From IMG/VR virus record IMGVR_UViG_3300029566_000004: 64,000 nt of DNA. One strand, 5' to 3'. The position numbers and the translations under genes are program-made. Under the pieces are notes generated by a model, which was given only the letters and a program-made list of their open reading frames with translations, had not been told where the DNA came from and searched no databases. This stretch comes from a virus. Position 1 is the first letter of the stretch. Every line of letters begins with the position of its first letter. Shown one piece after another: positions 1 through 11,439 of this stretch.

Positions 1-1435
1 CTAAAATTGTTTGCTCTAAATTATCATCAGTACGATGTAATTCTAAATCAACAAAATAACAAGGAGAAAAATCAATATCAGCATATTTTTCATCTAAATA
101 ATTAATTAATTTAGTGAAATTTTCATCTTTAATACTGACACCACCCGCATTTGCATGACCTTCGCAATATTCAACCAATCCACTATCTAAAAACATTTGC
201 CGCGTATCGGTGATGGGAATATGGGGTGCGCCACGCATTGATCCTTCCCAATACTTCACGCCATCGCGCTCTACCTCATTCAATATTGCTGTTGGATGCC
301 TCCAATAGTTAGCAATTTGTGTAGCAATTAAACCTGTCAAATTTTTATCTGCTGCTTTTTCTTTTGGCATCTTAACTGCAATTAATACATGGTCATAAAG
401 GCAATTGTCAGCAATAATTTTTTCAACAATCGCTTTAATATCATCACGGTCTTTTTCTTGATGACGTTTAACATTGCCGCAAGTGCGCACCGCCTGTTCG
501 ACACGCATTTCTGTCATTCCCTTTTCGCCGCGCTTAGTGGATGGAATTTGTTCATATGCGCGGAAAGTTAACATGGATTCAAATAACAATAGGCGCTCTT
601 GTGCATTACCAGAACGGTTAATTGCATTAATAAATGGCGCAATATAAAATGCCACTTTAAAAGGATTTAAAGAACCTTGCACTTTAAATTCTTGCTTCTT
701 TACCATTTCTTTTAAGAACGGATTTGTGATATTTTGTAAACCTTGTTCAATAATAAAACGCACTTCATATGAATTTAAATCCATAATATCAGCAATAATA
801 CCAACAGCAGCTAAATCCATAAAGCTTTCAGAGTAATCAATACCTAATAATTTATCTAAATAAGCACAAAACTTATATACCACTCCGGCGCCTGACAATG
901 ATTTAGTAGGATAATCACACATTTGATTATTTATAATACAAGCATATTCTGAAACATGGTCAGCTAAGTGATGGTCGATAACTAATACATCACAACCACG
1001 TTCAGCAAGTTGTTTATGCACATCATAGTCATTGCTGCTGGAATCGGGCGCAATTACAAGTTTGATATCCTTAGGTATAGTATTTAATTTAAGTCCATGA
1101 GATTTATCATCATGTACTCGATAAGTAATATTATTTTGAACATATGCAGGGAATAAACAATTTAAATAATTAATTAACAAAGCCGCAGAAGTATAACCAT
1201 CACAATCTGAATCAACTTGAATTAAAATTTTGTCTTGCGCTTTAATATGTTTAATTAACATTGTTGCCCCTTCACGTACATTCATTAAACACTCAGGCGC
1301 AATTAAATCATCTTTAGTCGTATGTAAATAATGATTTATATTTTCTTTTCCAATTATTCCTCTATTAGCAAAAATTTGCTCAATCGGACTCAGCTTCGGA
1401 TTCCTTGGTTGTATCAACTGATATTGTAGACTCAT
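1..1435 (-). CDS. RecJ-like DHH-family exonuclease/phosphoesterase (C-terminus runs off the left edge)
   Basis: Minus-strand frame is open from ATG 1435 to the window edge. N-terminus reads ..PIEQIFANRGIIGKEN.., and a DHH motif (..CDVLVIDHHLADH) reads at ~960-1000. It is missing from the ORF track only because it is partial. Confidence 0.7.
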   Translation of the reverse strand, partial: MSLQYQLIQPRNPKLSPIEQIFANRGIIGKENINHYLHTTKDDLIAPECLMNVREGATMLIKHIKAQDKILIQVDSDCDGYTSAALLINYLNCLFPAYVQNNITYRVHDDKSHGLKLNTIPKDIKLVIAPDSSSNDYDVHKQLAERGCDVLVIDHHLADHVSEYACIINNQMCDYPTKSLSGAGVVYKFCAYLDKLLGIDYSESFMDLAAVGIIADIMDLNSYEVRFIIEQGLQNITNPFLKEMVKKQEFKVQGSLNPFKVAFYIAPFINAINRSGNAQERLLLFESMLTFRAYEQIPSTKRGEKGMTEMRVEQAVRTCGNVKRHQEKDRDDIKAIVEKIIADNCLYDHVLIAVKMPKEKAADKNLTGLIATQIANYWRHPTAILNEVERDGVKYWEGSMRGAPHIPITDTRQMFLDSGLVEYCEGHANAGGVSIKDENFTKLINYLDEKYADIDFSPCYFVDLELHRTDDNLEQTIL

Positions 1436-1739
1436 CGATGGTTTCCTCCTCTGCTGTTATAATTGGATTTGTGATAGGATCGTAGTTATCACTTATATCA
1501 ACATGACACATATTTTTTAATTTACGACGACCTTCACGATTATTTACTCCATGATTAATCACTTTTAAGAATGCTTTTGCGAGTGACTCATTTTCTTCAC
1601 GAGCCTCTTTTAACATATTTTCTACATCGACGAGATAATCTGTTAAAATTCCTACATTCTTATTATATTCTGCGTCTTTTGGCGCATATAAAGTAACCGC
1701 CATCAGAGCATCAATTACTTCTTGTTGTTTATGTTTCAT
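1380..1739 (-). CDS. hypothetical acidic protein
   Basis: 119-aa ORF packed tightly between the primase and RecJ-like genes. TGA stop. Confidence 0.5.
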   Translation of the reverse strand: MKHKQQEVIDALMAVTLYAPKDAEYNKNVGILTDYLVDVENMLKEAREENESLAKAFLKVINHGVNNREGRRKLKNMCHVDISDNYDPITNPIITAEEETIDESTISVDTTKESEAESD

Positions 1740-2839
1740 AATATTATTCTCTCCTTAAATAATTGCATAAATTTTTCTGGGCCTTCATCGGTTGGGCTCG
1801 CTTTATATGAAGTAATTAAATGTTTATCAAAAATAAAGGATATTAATACTTCATTTTTATATTTTTTATGTAAACCTAAAAGTTTTGCTTTTAAACGTTT
1901 AAATTCACTATCACCTAACTCTTGGAATTGTCGGTCAAAAGCAATAATAATTTCTTGCACTCTATCTTCAATCAATAACTGTATTTGATATGATGATACA
2001 CTGCTACCACAGCATGCAACCGATATATCATTTTCCAAACCAAAATAACTTTGAAATTGTAGAGTGGATTTTTCACTTTCAAAAACAATAGCTTTACCCA
2101 TACGCTTTATATTGTCTTTTGAATTATTAAGGTTATATAAATTTAATCCAAGAGAATGATTATATTGTTGTTTATTAATAATCATTGGACGATATTTACC
2201 AAATCGTTCTGCATCTTCTTTGACCATCGTTCGTCCGCGCAGGCCTATAAATCGACCATCTTTATCAAAATGAGGAATACTAATTTGATCAGTAGAAAAA
2301 TTATATCCTATTTGCGCATGCGCTAATATCTATGGTTTAATATGATCATTAATCCAAGGCGTTAAATAATTCGGATTAATTGCCAATGGTCCCAATATGC
2401 GTTTATCATATTCTTTTAATTGCGGTACTTGATTTACTGTTGGAATATCATTAATCTTATCATATGCAATTAAATATTGCCAATCTGTTAAACCAAGATC
2501 TTCTGTATCACCTAAATCAATAACTATATTAAATTTAGCAGCAAGATAACGCACCGCATCATTTAAATCCATTTTGCGATTAGATTGAATTTGAGCAACT
2601 TTAATTGTTAATTCAAATATATCAAAAGCGCAATCACAATCAGTATAACATTTAAATAAATCACTATTTTCGTAAAAATAGAGTTTTCTACTTCCTTCTC
2701 CAGGCGGATTATGACAGATGGTATCAGAGATAAAACCAAAAGGGGTGAACTCTGGATTGCCACCCCATTCAGTTACTAATTGAAAGTAGTCATCAATGGA
2801 TAACTCTTCTCGAATTGCCTTCTTATCATAATCTTGCAT
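1736..2839 (-). CDS. dnaG: DNA primase (zinc-finger + TOPRIM), one in-frame TAG at 2330-2332
   Basis: ORFs 2330..2839 (CHNP..C..C zinc-finger region) and 1736..2227 (TOPRIM-like ..AIVFESEKS..IIAFDRQ..) share one frame. They are joined through ..HIKP-TAG-ILAHAQIGYNFSTDQISIPHFDKDGRFIGLRGRTM.. Confidence 0.8.
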
Positions 2840-2841
2840 AC

Positions 2842-3117
2842 TTAACCTTCAATGATGACTTTGCAACACCAGCCGAGAAGACCAAATTCTTTTGTGACAA
2901 CTTCACATAAAAATTCCATAGGTTTCATATTTGCTGGTTTTTGTTTGATATAAAATTTTGCCATATCTTTTGGCATCTTATATTCATAAGGATGACCATT
3001 TGCGTATGTGGGCATTGAAATTGAATCATCAACCCTGGGTGTTAATTTCTTTTTTGTAAATTTCTTTTGTGACGTACTCTTAGACTTTCGAGTAATAATA
3101 TTTTCACTAAAATTCAT
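2842..3117 (-). CDS. hypothetical protein
   Basis: 91-aa ORF in operon-like packing. TAA stop. Confidence 0.5.
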   Translation of the reverse strand: MNFSENIITRKSKSTSQKKFTKKKLTPRVDDSISMPTYANGHPYEYKMPKDMAKFYIKQKPANMKPMEFLCEVVTKEFGLLGWCCKVIIEG

Positions 3118-3126
3118 ATATCCTCC

Positions 3127-5696
3127 TTAAAAAGCACTTGGCTCTTCTGTAAATATTTTTAAATCTTCTATCGATTGAATTGCATAATCATATGAAGTGC
3201 AAAACATTGGCTTAATACGACAACAGCCCAAATCTGCTTTACACCACAGATATATTCCTTTCCATCGTCCACGCCTATTTTTATATACTGATAATTTTAA
3301 ATTCGGTGTATCAAACGTATTAGAGCTTAAAATTGTCTGTAATGCTTCTAAATCTTCTGATTTAACTGGAAGATAAATACCACCCCAGTCAACTTTATCT
3401 GCAATAGCTTTTGCACCACGCAATAAGTTTTGGTCAGGAGTTGTAGCTTGTTGATAATCCATATTTAACTGCGTTGCAGACATTATAAAGATTCCATACT
3501 TATTACATATATCTTTAAGCCGAATGGAAAGCATGTATAAGATATTATCTTCTCGAAGTTTAATTCCGCCACTTCGACGAGTGATTTCTTCCAATATTTT
3601 AAGGGAAGTATGAATATAGTCGTGACACGTTATTCTCATATTTCTATGAGCGCTGACTATCTCTTACTACATAAAAATTTTTATGTAGGACACCTTTTCG
3701 GCATTTAACTGGCTTCGTTTCCTAAAACCAGACTACGTATCAATAGTAGCCCTACTCCCCCGTCCAGAAGACCTGGGGGATAGTCGATACAGCTTCTTTT
3801 TTTAGACGTTATTCCAAGTTCTATTTTTTATTATATCAGCGACTGTTGATCTAGAACATTTATATTCTTCTGCTAATTTACTATAAGATATTTTTTCATT
3901 TTGATATCTTTTTCTAATTTCATTAGCTATTTCCTAATTCATTTTTGTATGTCTTCCTTTTTCAATATAGTCTGGCATAATATTTTTATATCTTCTTCCA
4001 GACCAAATATTTAAAAATGAATTATAATGTAGTCGTTCTGAATATTTTTCTTTATAAATTTTACTTGGACTTTCTCCATTTTTATAAGCAATACGTAATT
4101 CTTTTATCTCGCTTGGGGTTAACTCTGCTTGCCCCCAAGTTAATTTTTCTTTCTATTCCAATGTTTTTGGCTTAGAAGCGTTTTTTCCTCCAATTTCAAT
4201 ATTATATCCATTTGGAATTAATGTATTATACTAAATAATATAATATTTTTCTAATTGATTTAATATATCTATATCGGGAATATCTTTAACTAATATTTCA
4301 TAAGTAAAATTTTCAAATCCATATTTTCTAAACGCTCTATGCAATGGTGAATTATATTCACTACTGTTTTCATTTTTATATGAACTTTTATGATTATTAT
4401 ATCTTTCATTTTTTGGACTAATTGATTGTCCTATATATTGCTTATTATTAATTTGATTTATAAATCGGTAAATAATTCCCATAAAATCAACTCCTTTCAA
4501 TATCGTATGAAAATAGTCAATTATATTTTAATTACTCCCGTCCAAAAAAAGTTTGCCACGGGATTCCCATGCATTACTGTTTAGGGTTCCCCGTTAGCCA
4601 CAATTGTGACCCCGCTGATTAGCGGAAAAGTGTTTCACTGTCCCGTCACCCTTTCAATAGGGTCGAACACGTATTTAATGTCATGATCACGGATATTTTT
4701 CTTAATTTTATCCTCAACGTCTTGTAGGGAGAAGTCAGGCAACTGTTCAATATATAGCGGGGCACTCGCAAGTACTGTGGCGGCTTCGCGGACTCTATCC
4801 TCTTCATCACCTTGATATTTTCCATTAATAATATGCTCCTCATTTACATTTGCTAAAAACGCAAGCATCATTGTTTGCAATTCTTCTATATCTTGCTCTG
4901 TACTTATATACAAAGTCGGTTCACAAGTTCCATTTTTAATCCATCCAAAAATTTCATCATAAATTTTATTACAAGAAATGAAACAAGCATCTGCAATCAT
5001 ACTACGAGATTTACCAACGCCAGTAGGAGCTGAACGCAGATAAAATTTCTTTAATCGTGCGCCTCTTGTAACTGTGTTGATAAGTGGACCATATAATGGT
5101 ACTCCAACTTCTGGATATGCTTTCAAGCGGTCAATTAATTCTAATGCCCCTTCTCCAGCTTGTGTTGCTTCGCCAAATTCATTATCTACATATTCAGCGC
5201 GAATAGACTCAATTTTCCCATCAACCTTGTTTGCAATATCTTCTAAGGTTGAATTATCTAACCATTCTTCTTGCATTTGTTTGCGTTTAGTATCTAAAAT
5301 ATTATCTGGGTCATAGATATCTGATACATCAATACCATATTTATCATATGCTCGCAATAATGACATTTTCTTCATTCTGCTATAATAATAATCAAATGCA
5401 TCAGGGATTGCCGCTTCAGATACTTTAGCTAACCATTCATTTCCCTTATTGTTTTTAAATACTGCTTCTGCCTTGGGGCGACTACTAAAAAAGTCAGCAA
5501 TATTTTCTAATGTAATTTTTTGTGCACCCAATTCATAAATTTTATATATAGCACCAAAGGTAACACGATGAAATTCATCAGGAAAATCTTCATCTGTGAT
5601 AGTATATTTATCTGTGAAGTCCAATAGACTAGGATTATTATAAACGCATCCAATAACTTGCATTATACTTGGAACATCAACATACTTACTTGCCAT
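3127..5696 (-). CDS. dnaB: DnaB-like replicative helicase, split by a group I intron (exon 1 4666..5696, exon 2 3127..3625)
   Basis: Exon 1 has an N-terminal DnaB-like domain and Walker A RSAPTGVGKS. Exon 2 continues ..HDYIHTS..SATQLN..GAKAIADK... The proposed junction gives ..DIKYVF|HDYIH (Walker B region), with the 5' exon ending in U and the intron ending in G. ATG 5696 has an AGGAG RBS. Confidence 0.8.
3626..4665 (-). mobile_element. group I intron (T4 td-like core) in the helicase gene, carrying a GIY-YIG ORF
   Basis: Contains GCTAACGGGGAACC...GGAATCCCGTGGCAAAC and CGACTATCCCC...GGGGGAGTAGGGCTAC. As I recall the T4 td intron core, it has closely similar elements (CTAAACGGGGAACC / CAATCCCGTGCTAAA / CGACTATTCC..GAAGTAGGG). 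The same blocks recur in the intron at 8787-9381. Confidence 0.7.
3802..4482 (-). CDS. GIY-YIG homing endonuclease (intron-encoded), three in-frame TAGs
   Basis: MGIIYRFINQINNKQYIGQS.. GIY-YIG motif with an AGGAG RBS. The frame stays open to TAA 3802 only if the TAGs at 4231, ~4150 and ~3934 are read. The C-terminal ..TVADIIKNRTW.. looks like a helix-turn-helix. Confidence 0.75.
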
Positions 5697-6198
5697 CAAT
5701 ATTCTCCTCATCTAAAAATGTAAAAACTTTTCTTTTTTTCATTGGTTCACGCTGTGGAGATTTTATAACTACCACAACTTCATTAGGTTTCTCAATTACC
5801 TTACCCTCATTTAATTTTTTAGCTAAATATAATTTATAATAATACTCTTTAGCTGCAGGATAAACATATGGTACAATACCAATAGTTGGATTAGCGAGAG
5901 TAGGACGATTATGTAAAATTTCAAAATAATAAAATAATGTGCGATATATGCCAGAATATGAAAAACCTAAACGGCTGATATATTCAGTTATTTGTTTTTG
6001 AATATTTGGATGAACATAATCCATTTTGAAAAGTTTTTTTACATATTCTTCTAATTCAATTTGTTCATGACGTTCGACAGGAATATTATTAATGCTACAT
6101 TGTTTGTGTGCATATCGTTTTGTGTTTTCAATCTTAATACACTCTTCTTTGTCCCTATCGAACATTTGACCGCAATAGTAACATTTTACTCGATGCAT
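5686..6198 (-). CDS. hypothetical zinc-finger protein
   Basis: 170-aa ORF. N-terminus reads CYYCGQ...HKQC. Confidence 0.5.
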   Translation of the reverse strand: MHRVKCYYCGQMFDRDKEECIKIENTKRYAHKQCSINNIPVERHEQIELEEYVKKLFKMDYVHPNIQKQITEYISRLGFSYSGIYRTLFYYFEILHNRPTLANPTIGIVPYVYPAAKEYYYKLYLAKKLNEGKVIEKPNEVVVVIKSPQREPMKKRKVFTFLDEENIDGK

Positions 6199-6216
6199 AC
6201 ATCCTCCTTCATTATT

Positions 6217-6245
6217 ATTATAACATAATTTTATAAAAAAATCAA
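6217..6245 (-). promoter_or_regulatory. sigma-70-type promoter cassette (-35 TTGATT, 17-nt spacer, -10 TATAAT)
   Basis: Plus strand reads attata-N17-aatcaa. Part of a conserved ~45-nt repeat. Confidence 0.65.
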
Positions 6246-6268
6246 CTCACAGTTATAATAACCGTGAG
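6246..6268 (-). terminator. intrinsic terminator
   Basis: CTCACGGTT..AACTGTGAG hairpin followed by a T-run on the minus strand. Confidence 0.6.
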
Positions 6269-6285
6269 TTGACCGAAATTATCTG

Positions 6286-7281
6286 TTATGAAAGCTGCTT
6301 TAAGTCGTATATAATAAGGTCAAGTTCTGCAGCCTGTGCCGGTGTGCATTCTCCAACCTTCTTTCCAACTCCAAGATGACTCTCTACAATTTTTGTAATT
6401 TTCTGAGCCATAGTTGGACTATTGGTCTGCATTAAATGTCCAACGATGGACTGGAATTCATCCATTAATGCATTAAAGTTATAAGAAGTAGTTGGGGCCT
6501 CACGATTTGCTTTTTCATCCGTAACAAAATTGTTACTATGTTCAGCAGCTTCTTTATCAATTGCTTCACCAATTGCATTCACTAGTGAATCATAATTAAA
6601 ATCAATTACTGCAGGGATATACTTAAAACGAGAACCAGCGATAAAGCGAGGAGTTCCACGCATAAAGAGTTTAGTTACAACTTCGCCATTTTCAGCTTGA
6701 ACTTCACGAGCATAACCAATGATATCACAAGTACGTTCACAAACTAAACGACCACGAGTATCCAGAGTGGGAACCATCTGATTAAACTCTGTACCAGTTT
6801 CATCCTTAAATGTCTTATCAACATCGTGACTAATTATAACAAGACCGTAATCCATCTGAATAATCTTACGAAGACATTCATCAAATTCTTGCATAACGAG
6901 CTTATATCCTTTACCATAGGGGATATCACCGATTGCTTCATAAGTAACTTTTTCATTACTCTCTTGTGAGCAAATAGCCTTTTCGCAATAACCATATGCG
7001 ATATCTGCAGTATCAATAATAACTGTTTTGAACAGCTCTTTGACTTCTGGGTCATTTAATTCACGTAAAGTTTTCTTAAATTCAGACCAAGAATTAATAG
7101 GCTTTACCATAATTCCGGGAATTGCATTATAGCCTTTTTCGAAAGCAAGCAATAACGCACCAGGAAATTTAGAGGCAACAGTGGTCTTTCCACTCTTTGC
7201 AGCGCCATAGAAAAATACTGAATACCCTCTTAAATCTCGACTAACTTTATGTGGTTTAATACTCAATAATGAATTTGCCAT
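6286..7281 (-). CDS. AAA_24/Sak4-like phage ATPase
   Basis: Walker A GAAKSGKTT and Walker B-like VIIDTADIAY. This architecture is typical of phage RecA-like NTPases. Confidence 0.7.
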   Translation of the reverse strand: MANSLLSIKPHKVSRDLRGYSVFFYGAAKSGKTTVASKFPGALLLAFEKGYNAIPGIMVKPINSWSEFKKTLRELNDPEVKELFKTVIIDTADIAYGYCEKAICSQESNEKVTYEAIGDIPYGKGYKLVMQEFDECLRKIIQMDYGLVIISHDVDKTFKDETGTEFNQMVPTLDTRGRLVCERTCDIIGYAREVQAENGEVVTKLFMRGTPRFIAGSRFKYIPAVIDFNYDSLVNAIGEAIDKEAAEHSNNFVTDEKANREAPTTSYNFNALMDEFQSIVGHLMQTNSPTMAQKITKIVESHLGVGKKVGECTPAQAAELDLIIYDLKQLS

Positions 7282-7301
7282 AATTTACTCCTTTTCTAAA
7301 A

Positions 7302-7318
7302 AGGCAAGAAACTTGCCT
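7302..7318 (-). terminator. intrinsic terminator
   Basis: AGGCAAG-NNN-CTTGCCT followed by TTTTT. Confidence 0.65.
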
Positions 7319-7326
7319 CTATTTCA

Positions 7327-8280
7327 TTAGAACTTAAAGTCACCAGTTGCAGGAACAGTGGTTGTCTTAATCGCATTAGCTTGATTGGCTCTCCATTCAG
7401 CCGTACGCTGTTTCTTTGCTGCAAGTTCCATTTCTCTATCACTCATTGCCTTTTTGAGTTCATTTACAGTAATAGTATCTTCACTATCCCATTCATAAGC
7501 TTCGGCACGCGCGCCAGTGATAACCCAGTCCTTACGACTGTGACTAATTTCACGAATAGAAGGCTCGCCAAATGCAGATTCCTCTGTAATTGTGCGAGTT
7601 ACTGTGGCAGATACTTGATTACCCCAAATATTAGTAAATACGGGTTCTTTAGAGCTAGCGCCTAAACTAAGGAAATAATTAATTGCATTAGGATTGGTTG
7701 CAATAAAATCTACAGGGAGCAGAACATTACGGAAATCAAAAATACAACCCTTAACAATAAGACCATCAGGAATATTTTTATCGGGGTCGCCTTCGCGCTC
7801 AGTAGTTCCTGTGATAATCATATCAACTTTGAAAGTATTACGACGCTTCTCATCAGCATCAAGATTATTATCAGTAATAATATGGATAAAGCCACCTTCA
7901 TTACGCTTTGTACTTACCAAAGTTTCCTCATCTTTAGTAGTAGTATCATACCATTCATTTAAACCGATTGCAGAATCAATACGAATACGTGCAGCTTCAT
8001 TCCAATCAGAATCCATAACAGTTTTAATCTTACCGTTAAGAATATCCATAAGAATAGGATAATTTGGGTTTTTCTTAGTCTTATTGGGATAAGTGGGTGC
8101 AACATAGGTAAAATGAACAGATACAATATTAGTATGATTATTATCAGTAGCAATATCAATAGTGCCAGTTACATATGGGGTGCCAGGGTTTTTAGATTCT
8201 TTACTAGATTCCTTAGCCTCAAGTTTATGTGCATATAAAATTCCTTCAATATGTGTCTAATTAATCATATTTTTCTTCAT
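7327..8280 (-). CDS. putative ssDNA-binding protein, one in-frame TAG (8257-8259)
   Basis: ATG 8280 has an AGGAG RBS (MKKNMIN-TAG-THIEG..) and runs in frame into ORF 7327..8049. It sits after the ATPase and ends ..GDFKF. The SSB assignment is tentative. Confidence 0.5.
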
Positions 8281-8323
8281 AATTATCAGCTTCTCCTTTA
8301 ATTTATTTTCATTCTGTATTATT

Positions 8324-8352
8324 ATTATAACAAATTTTTTATTTTTTTTCAA
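8324..8352 (-). promoter_or_regulatory. promoter cassette (-35 TTGAAA, -10 TATAAT)
   Basis: Same repeat family, 17-nt spacer. Confidence 0.6.
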
Positions 8353-8355
8353 TCT

Positions 8356-9772
8356 TTACTTAGATATTTCATCTCCAAAAAGCAGAACATCCGCATAAGG
8401 TAACTGTCGTGCAAACTTCATAAAATCTTTCGACCATTCAGTTAATTTATGGTATCTACGCTGAGTTGGCAAACACATTTCATAAAGATTTTCATAATTC
8501 ATAGTGACTGTACGAGTTTGCAAAAAACTTTCTGGCAACCAACGAATCAATTCTTTCCAATATTTCTTATCTTTTGTTTCAAGATATTTTTGACGTAATG
8601 ATTCACAAATATTAATTATAGTTTTTGCTGCTGATTCATTTAATCCAGTTTCAATTTCATGCATTACATCAGAATGATAGTCATCAATTTCAAAACAATC
8701 TAATGTAATTGGTTTACTTGTAAGTTTATGCATAGTAGAAGTCGAGTTAGCAGTAGTACCTACTTTATAAGTATCAAATTCTTTCCCATTTATGGACTAT
8801 CTTTTACTCTCTAATGAGAGGATACCATTTCGGCATTTAATTAGCTTCGTTTCCTAAAACTAAACTACGTATCAATAGTAGCCCTACTTCCCTGCCCAGA
8901 AGGCCTTGGGAATAGTCTCTACAGGTTCATTTCAAACACACATTTTAAATATAAAACTTTACTCTACGTCTAAACTATAGCCTTCAATCTCGGCTTTAAT
9001 TTCAAGCTGGTACAAATATTGCCCCATAGCACTTGCTTGTGACTTCCACTGCTCCATAGGGCAATTTGGTTCAAAATCAAGCTTACCAGCTTCTCTCTTT
9101 ATAATCATTGAATGGAGTTTATTATACTTGTCCTTAACAAAATAATACTCTCCAATCGCCCTACTCTTATAATCATCAGATTTTAGTAATTCAATAATCC
9201 TATCAAACGTCATAGTAATTGCCTCCTTAAAATAACAAATCCTTAGTTTACAAGTTATATGTGTGTGTTTGAAATGTTTCCCACGGGATTCCAATGGGGG
9301 GTTCCCCGTTAGCTATATTTTACAAAAAATATAACCCTCGCTGATAGACGAGAAAAGTATTTCATTGGCAGAAAGAATTCTACCAGTAGAGTGGAGCAGT
9401 AATATCAACAGATACTATAATTTGTCGCATAAATTTACGATGCTCTGGACCAGCCATAATAAGCTTATGAGCAAGATTTAAATCATCAGGACACAAAGCA
9501 GCATATTCTACATAACTACCATCAGTATGAATAATAGAACGCTGTGTAATATCTTTTACAGTCTTGGCATATAAAGTATCATAATCGGGATCGAGCATAT
9601 TTAAATGAGCTGCTTCCAACCATTTTGTCGCTAGACTCTATACAGTCGCACCGAATACAATAATAGGCTTAGTTCCAAATTCGCTTAAAGATTTATTCCA
9701 GCTATTATGAGGATTTCGCATTCCTCGAAATGCCCCCTCAAAATTAAACACTCTTATATTTTCAAATTTCAT
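8356..9772 (-). CDS. thyX: ThyX-like (FAD-dependent thymidylate synthase family) protein, split by a group I intron (exon 1 9382..9772, exon 2 8356..8786), one in-frame TAG at 9638-9640
   Basis: N-terminus MKFENIRVFNFEGAFRGMRNPHNSW... The junction ..ITAPLYW|WKEFDTYKVGTTANSTSTMHKL restores a motif I recall from ThyX-like phage proteins. The 5' exon ends in U and the intron ends in G. Confidence 0.6.
8787..9381 (-). mobile_element. group I intron (same td-like family as 3626-4665) in the ThyX-like gene
   Basis: Shares GAAAYACTTTTC..ATCAGCGRGG..GCTAACGGGGAACCC..GGAATCCCGTGGSAAAC at the 5' side with the helicase intron. It also shares ..GGGAAGTAGGGCTACTATTGATACGTAGTTTAG.. at the 3' side. Confidence 0.7.
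8959..9213 (-). CDS. intron-encoded small protein with no recognisable endonuclease motif
   Basis: MTFDRIIELLKSDDYKSRAIGEYYFVKDKYNKLHSMIIK... with an AGGAGG RBS. I see no GIY-YIG, HNH or LAGLIDADG motif. Confidence 0.5.
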   Translation of the reverse strand: MTFDRIIELLKSDDYKSRAIGEYYFVKDKYNKLHSMIIKREAGKLDFEPNCPMEQWKSQASAMGQYLYQLEIKAEIEGYSLDVE

Positions 9773-9995
9773 TTTTTAAATCTCCAGCATTTTCTATTAT
9801 TAAATTAATACCGCTATCAGAAGGTGAAGACATAGTTGTATAAGTGGAAGAAGTCCAGTTCGGATTTGTCAATATATAACTTATTCCCTTACTATGATAA
9901 CCTTCCTAAAAAGCTTCATATAATAACTATTTTAATTCATCGACTGTAAATGTAATTTTACCATCTTTGTCAGCTGTAAAAATTTTAATCATCAT
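9762..9995 (-). CDS. hypothetical small protein, two in-frame TAGs
   Basis: MMIKIFTADKDGKITFTVDELK-TAG-LLYEAF-TAG-EGYHSKG... The TGA stop overlaps the ThyX-like gene's ATG. RBS is GAGGT. Confidence 0.5.
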
Positions 9996-10004
9996 AATTT
10001 TACC

Positions 10005-11045
10005 TCATTTAATACTATAACCAAATTCTTTTGCTCCAAAATAATTTTGCCAATAGATTTCTCGTTCATTTAAAAGTTCTGGAGGACATTCCTCGATTAC
10101 TTCAAACATAAAATTCTCAACACCATCGGCTTGCATAGCTGGATACAACTTATTGCGAGTTTGCGCTTCAGCGCCTAACCCGCGTTTTATGTGCTGGCGC
10201 CAACGGTCGGCAAAACGCACGCATTGACCTACATAGCACATTCCATTTAAAGTATTTGTAATTTTATAAATGCCCCCTACTTTATCACCAATTACACGAC
10301 CAATTAAATCGGTTGTAGGTTTTTCATAGTAACATTTATAAATTAATTTATTGAGAGTTTCTGGATTGTGTAAATACGGAGTGATACTTCGTAATTTTTC
10401 AATCTCCAATAGGTCAGTAGAAGGAATTTGTAACATATAGAAACTTTGCTGTTGCGCGTCAAGCATCATGCGTTTATAAGATTCAATGGCTGCCCGAGTT
10501 TTCTCTTGACATTCATTTAATCTATGGCGCTCTGATATAAATTGTTTGCGTAATTCTTTAATTTCATTTGCAAATTCTTCTTTTACTATTAAAAAATCTG
10601 ACCGATATTTATCAATTTCTTCTTGATAATTTTCGGCTTCTCGTTGAGCACTTTCCTCAAAGGAAGTTTCCATTCGCGCTTTAGCTTTATCATAAATTGC
10701 GCTGACGGCTTCTCTTGCCATTTCTTCAGTTGTTCGTGCATTAAAATCTAATTGACTAATGCGAGCATTAAGTTCAGCTTCTTCTGACTATAAAAAACCA
10801 ATGCTAAGATTAAGTGCATCTTCTCGTTCTTGTAAATCTCGGATAGTATTATTTTCCTGCTCAATGAGTTGAGAAGCTTCAAGCGCCTCAAGGCGCAAAT
10901 TGTCTCTCTATTCTTGTAGAATAGCAATCGACTTCTTCTATCGAATAATTGAGTGCTTTCTACTAAAATAAATATAAAAGTGTGCGCCGATGGAAATCAG
11001 ACTTATTGTTCCAAATATTATTAAAAGTGATAGTTCAATCGGCAT
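10005..11045 (-). CDS. TM + coiled-coil + C-terminal GIY-YIG nuclease-domain protein, three in-frame TAGs
   Basis: ATG 11045 (MPIELSLLIIFGTISLISIG.. is hydrophobic). Three TAGs lie in the heptad-like region. The C-terminus reads GGIYKITNTLNGMCYVGQ..RWRQH..E..W (GIY-YIG). Confidence 0.65.
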
Positions 11046-11060
11046 AAGTTAAAAAATTAA

Positions 11061-11083
11061 GGGGCAGAAACTTGCCCTGCCCC
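11061..11083 (-). terminator. intrinsic terminator
   Basis: GGGGCAG..CTGCCCC followed by a T-run. Confidence 0.7.
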
Positions 11084-11104
11084 TATTTGAAAGACTTTAT
11101 TCGA

Positions 11105-11371
11105 TTACTCTTCCTCAGCATCGGGATCGAAAGCCATACCAGCATCATTAAGAGAGAGGAACTTGACTTGCTTATGGGTTCCATCCTCAAGCTCAATCTC
11201 AGCAACGGTACGAACACCCAGCTTCTTGCGCTGAATAGCAGAAGTAAAAATACCATCAACCTGACGCTTTTCGAGACCGAGAGCCTCAGCAACATCAGCA
11301 GCAGTAAGGTTAACACCCTTGTTTTCCTTTAGATAATTAAGAACATTCTTTGAATTCTCTTTCATAGCCAT
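11105..11371 (-). CDS. hypothetical small (winged-helix-like) protein
   Basis: 88-aa ORF followed by a terminator hairpin. Confidence 0.5.
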   Translation of the reverse strand: MAMKENSKNVLNYLKENKGVNLTAADVAEALGLEKRQVDGIFTSAIQRKKLGVRTVAEIELEDGTHKQVKFLSLNDAGMAFDPDAEEE

Positions 11372-11439
11372 AATACATTTTTCTCCTTTAGATTAAATAA
11401 TTTTTTATTATTTGTAGCATTTCTTTTGCTTACATTATT

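Noticed and set aside
4646-4843. Nested same-strand ORFs 4646..4843, 6834..7055, 17493..17684, 21635..21829, 26284..26484 and 26967..27167.
   Set aside because: They are alternative frames inside longer, motif-bearing CDSs.
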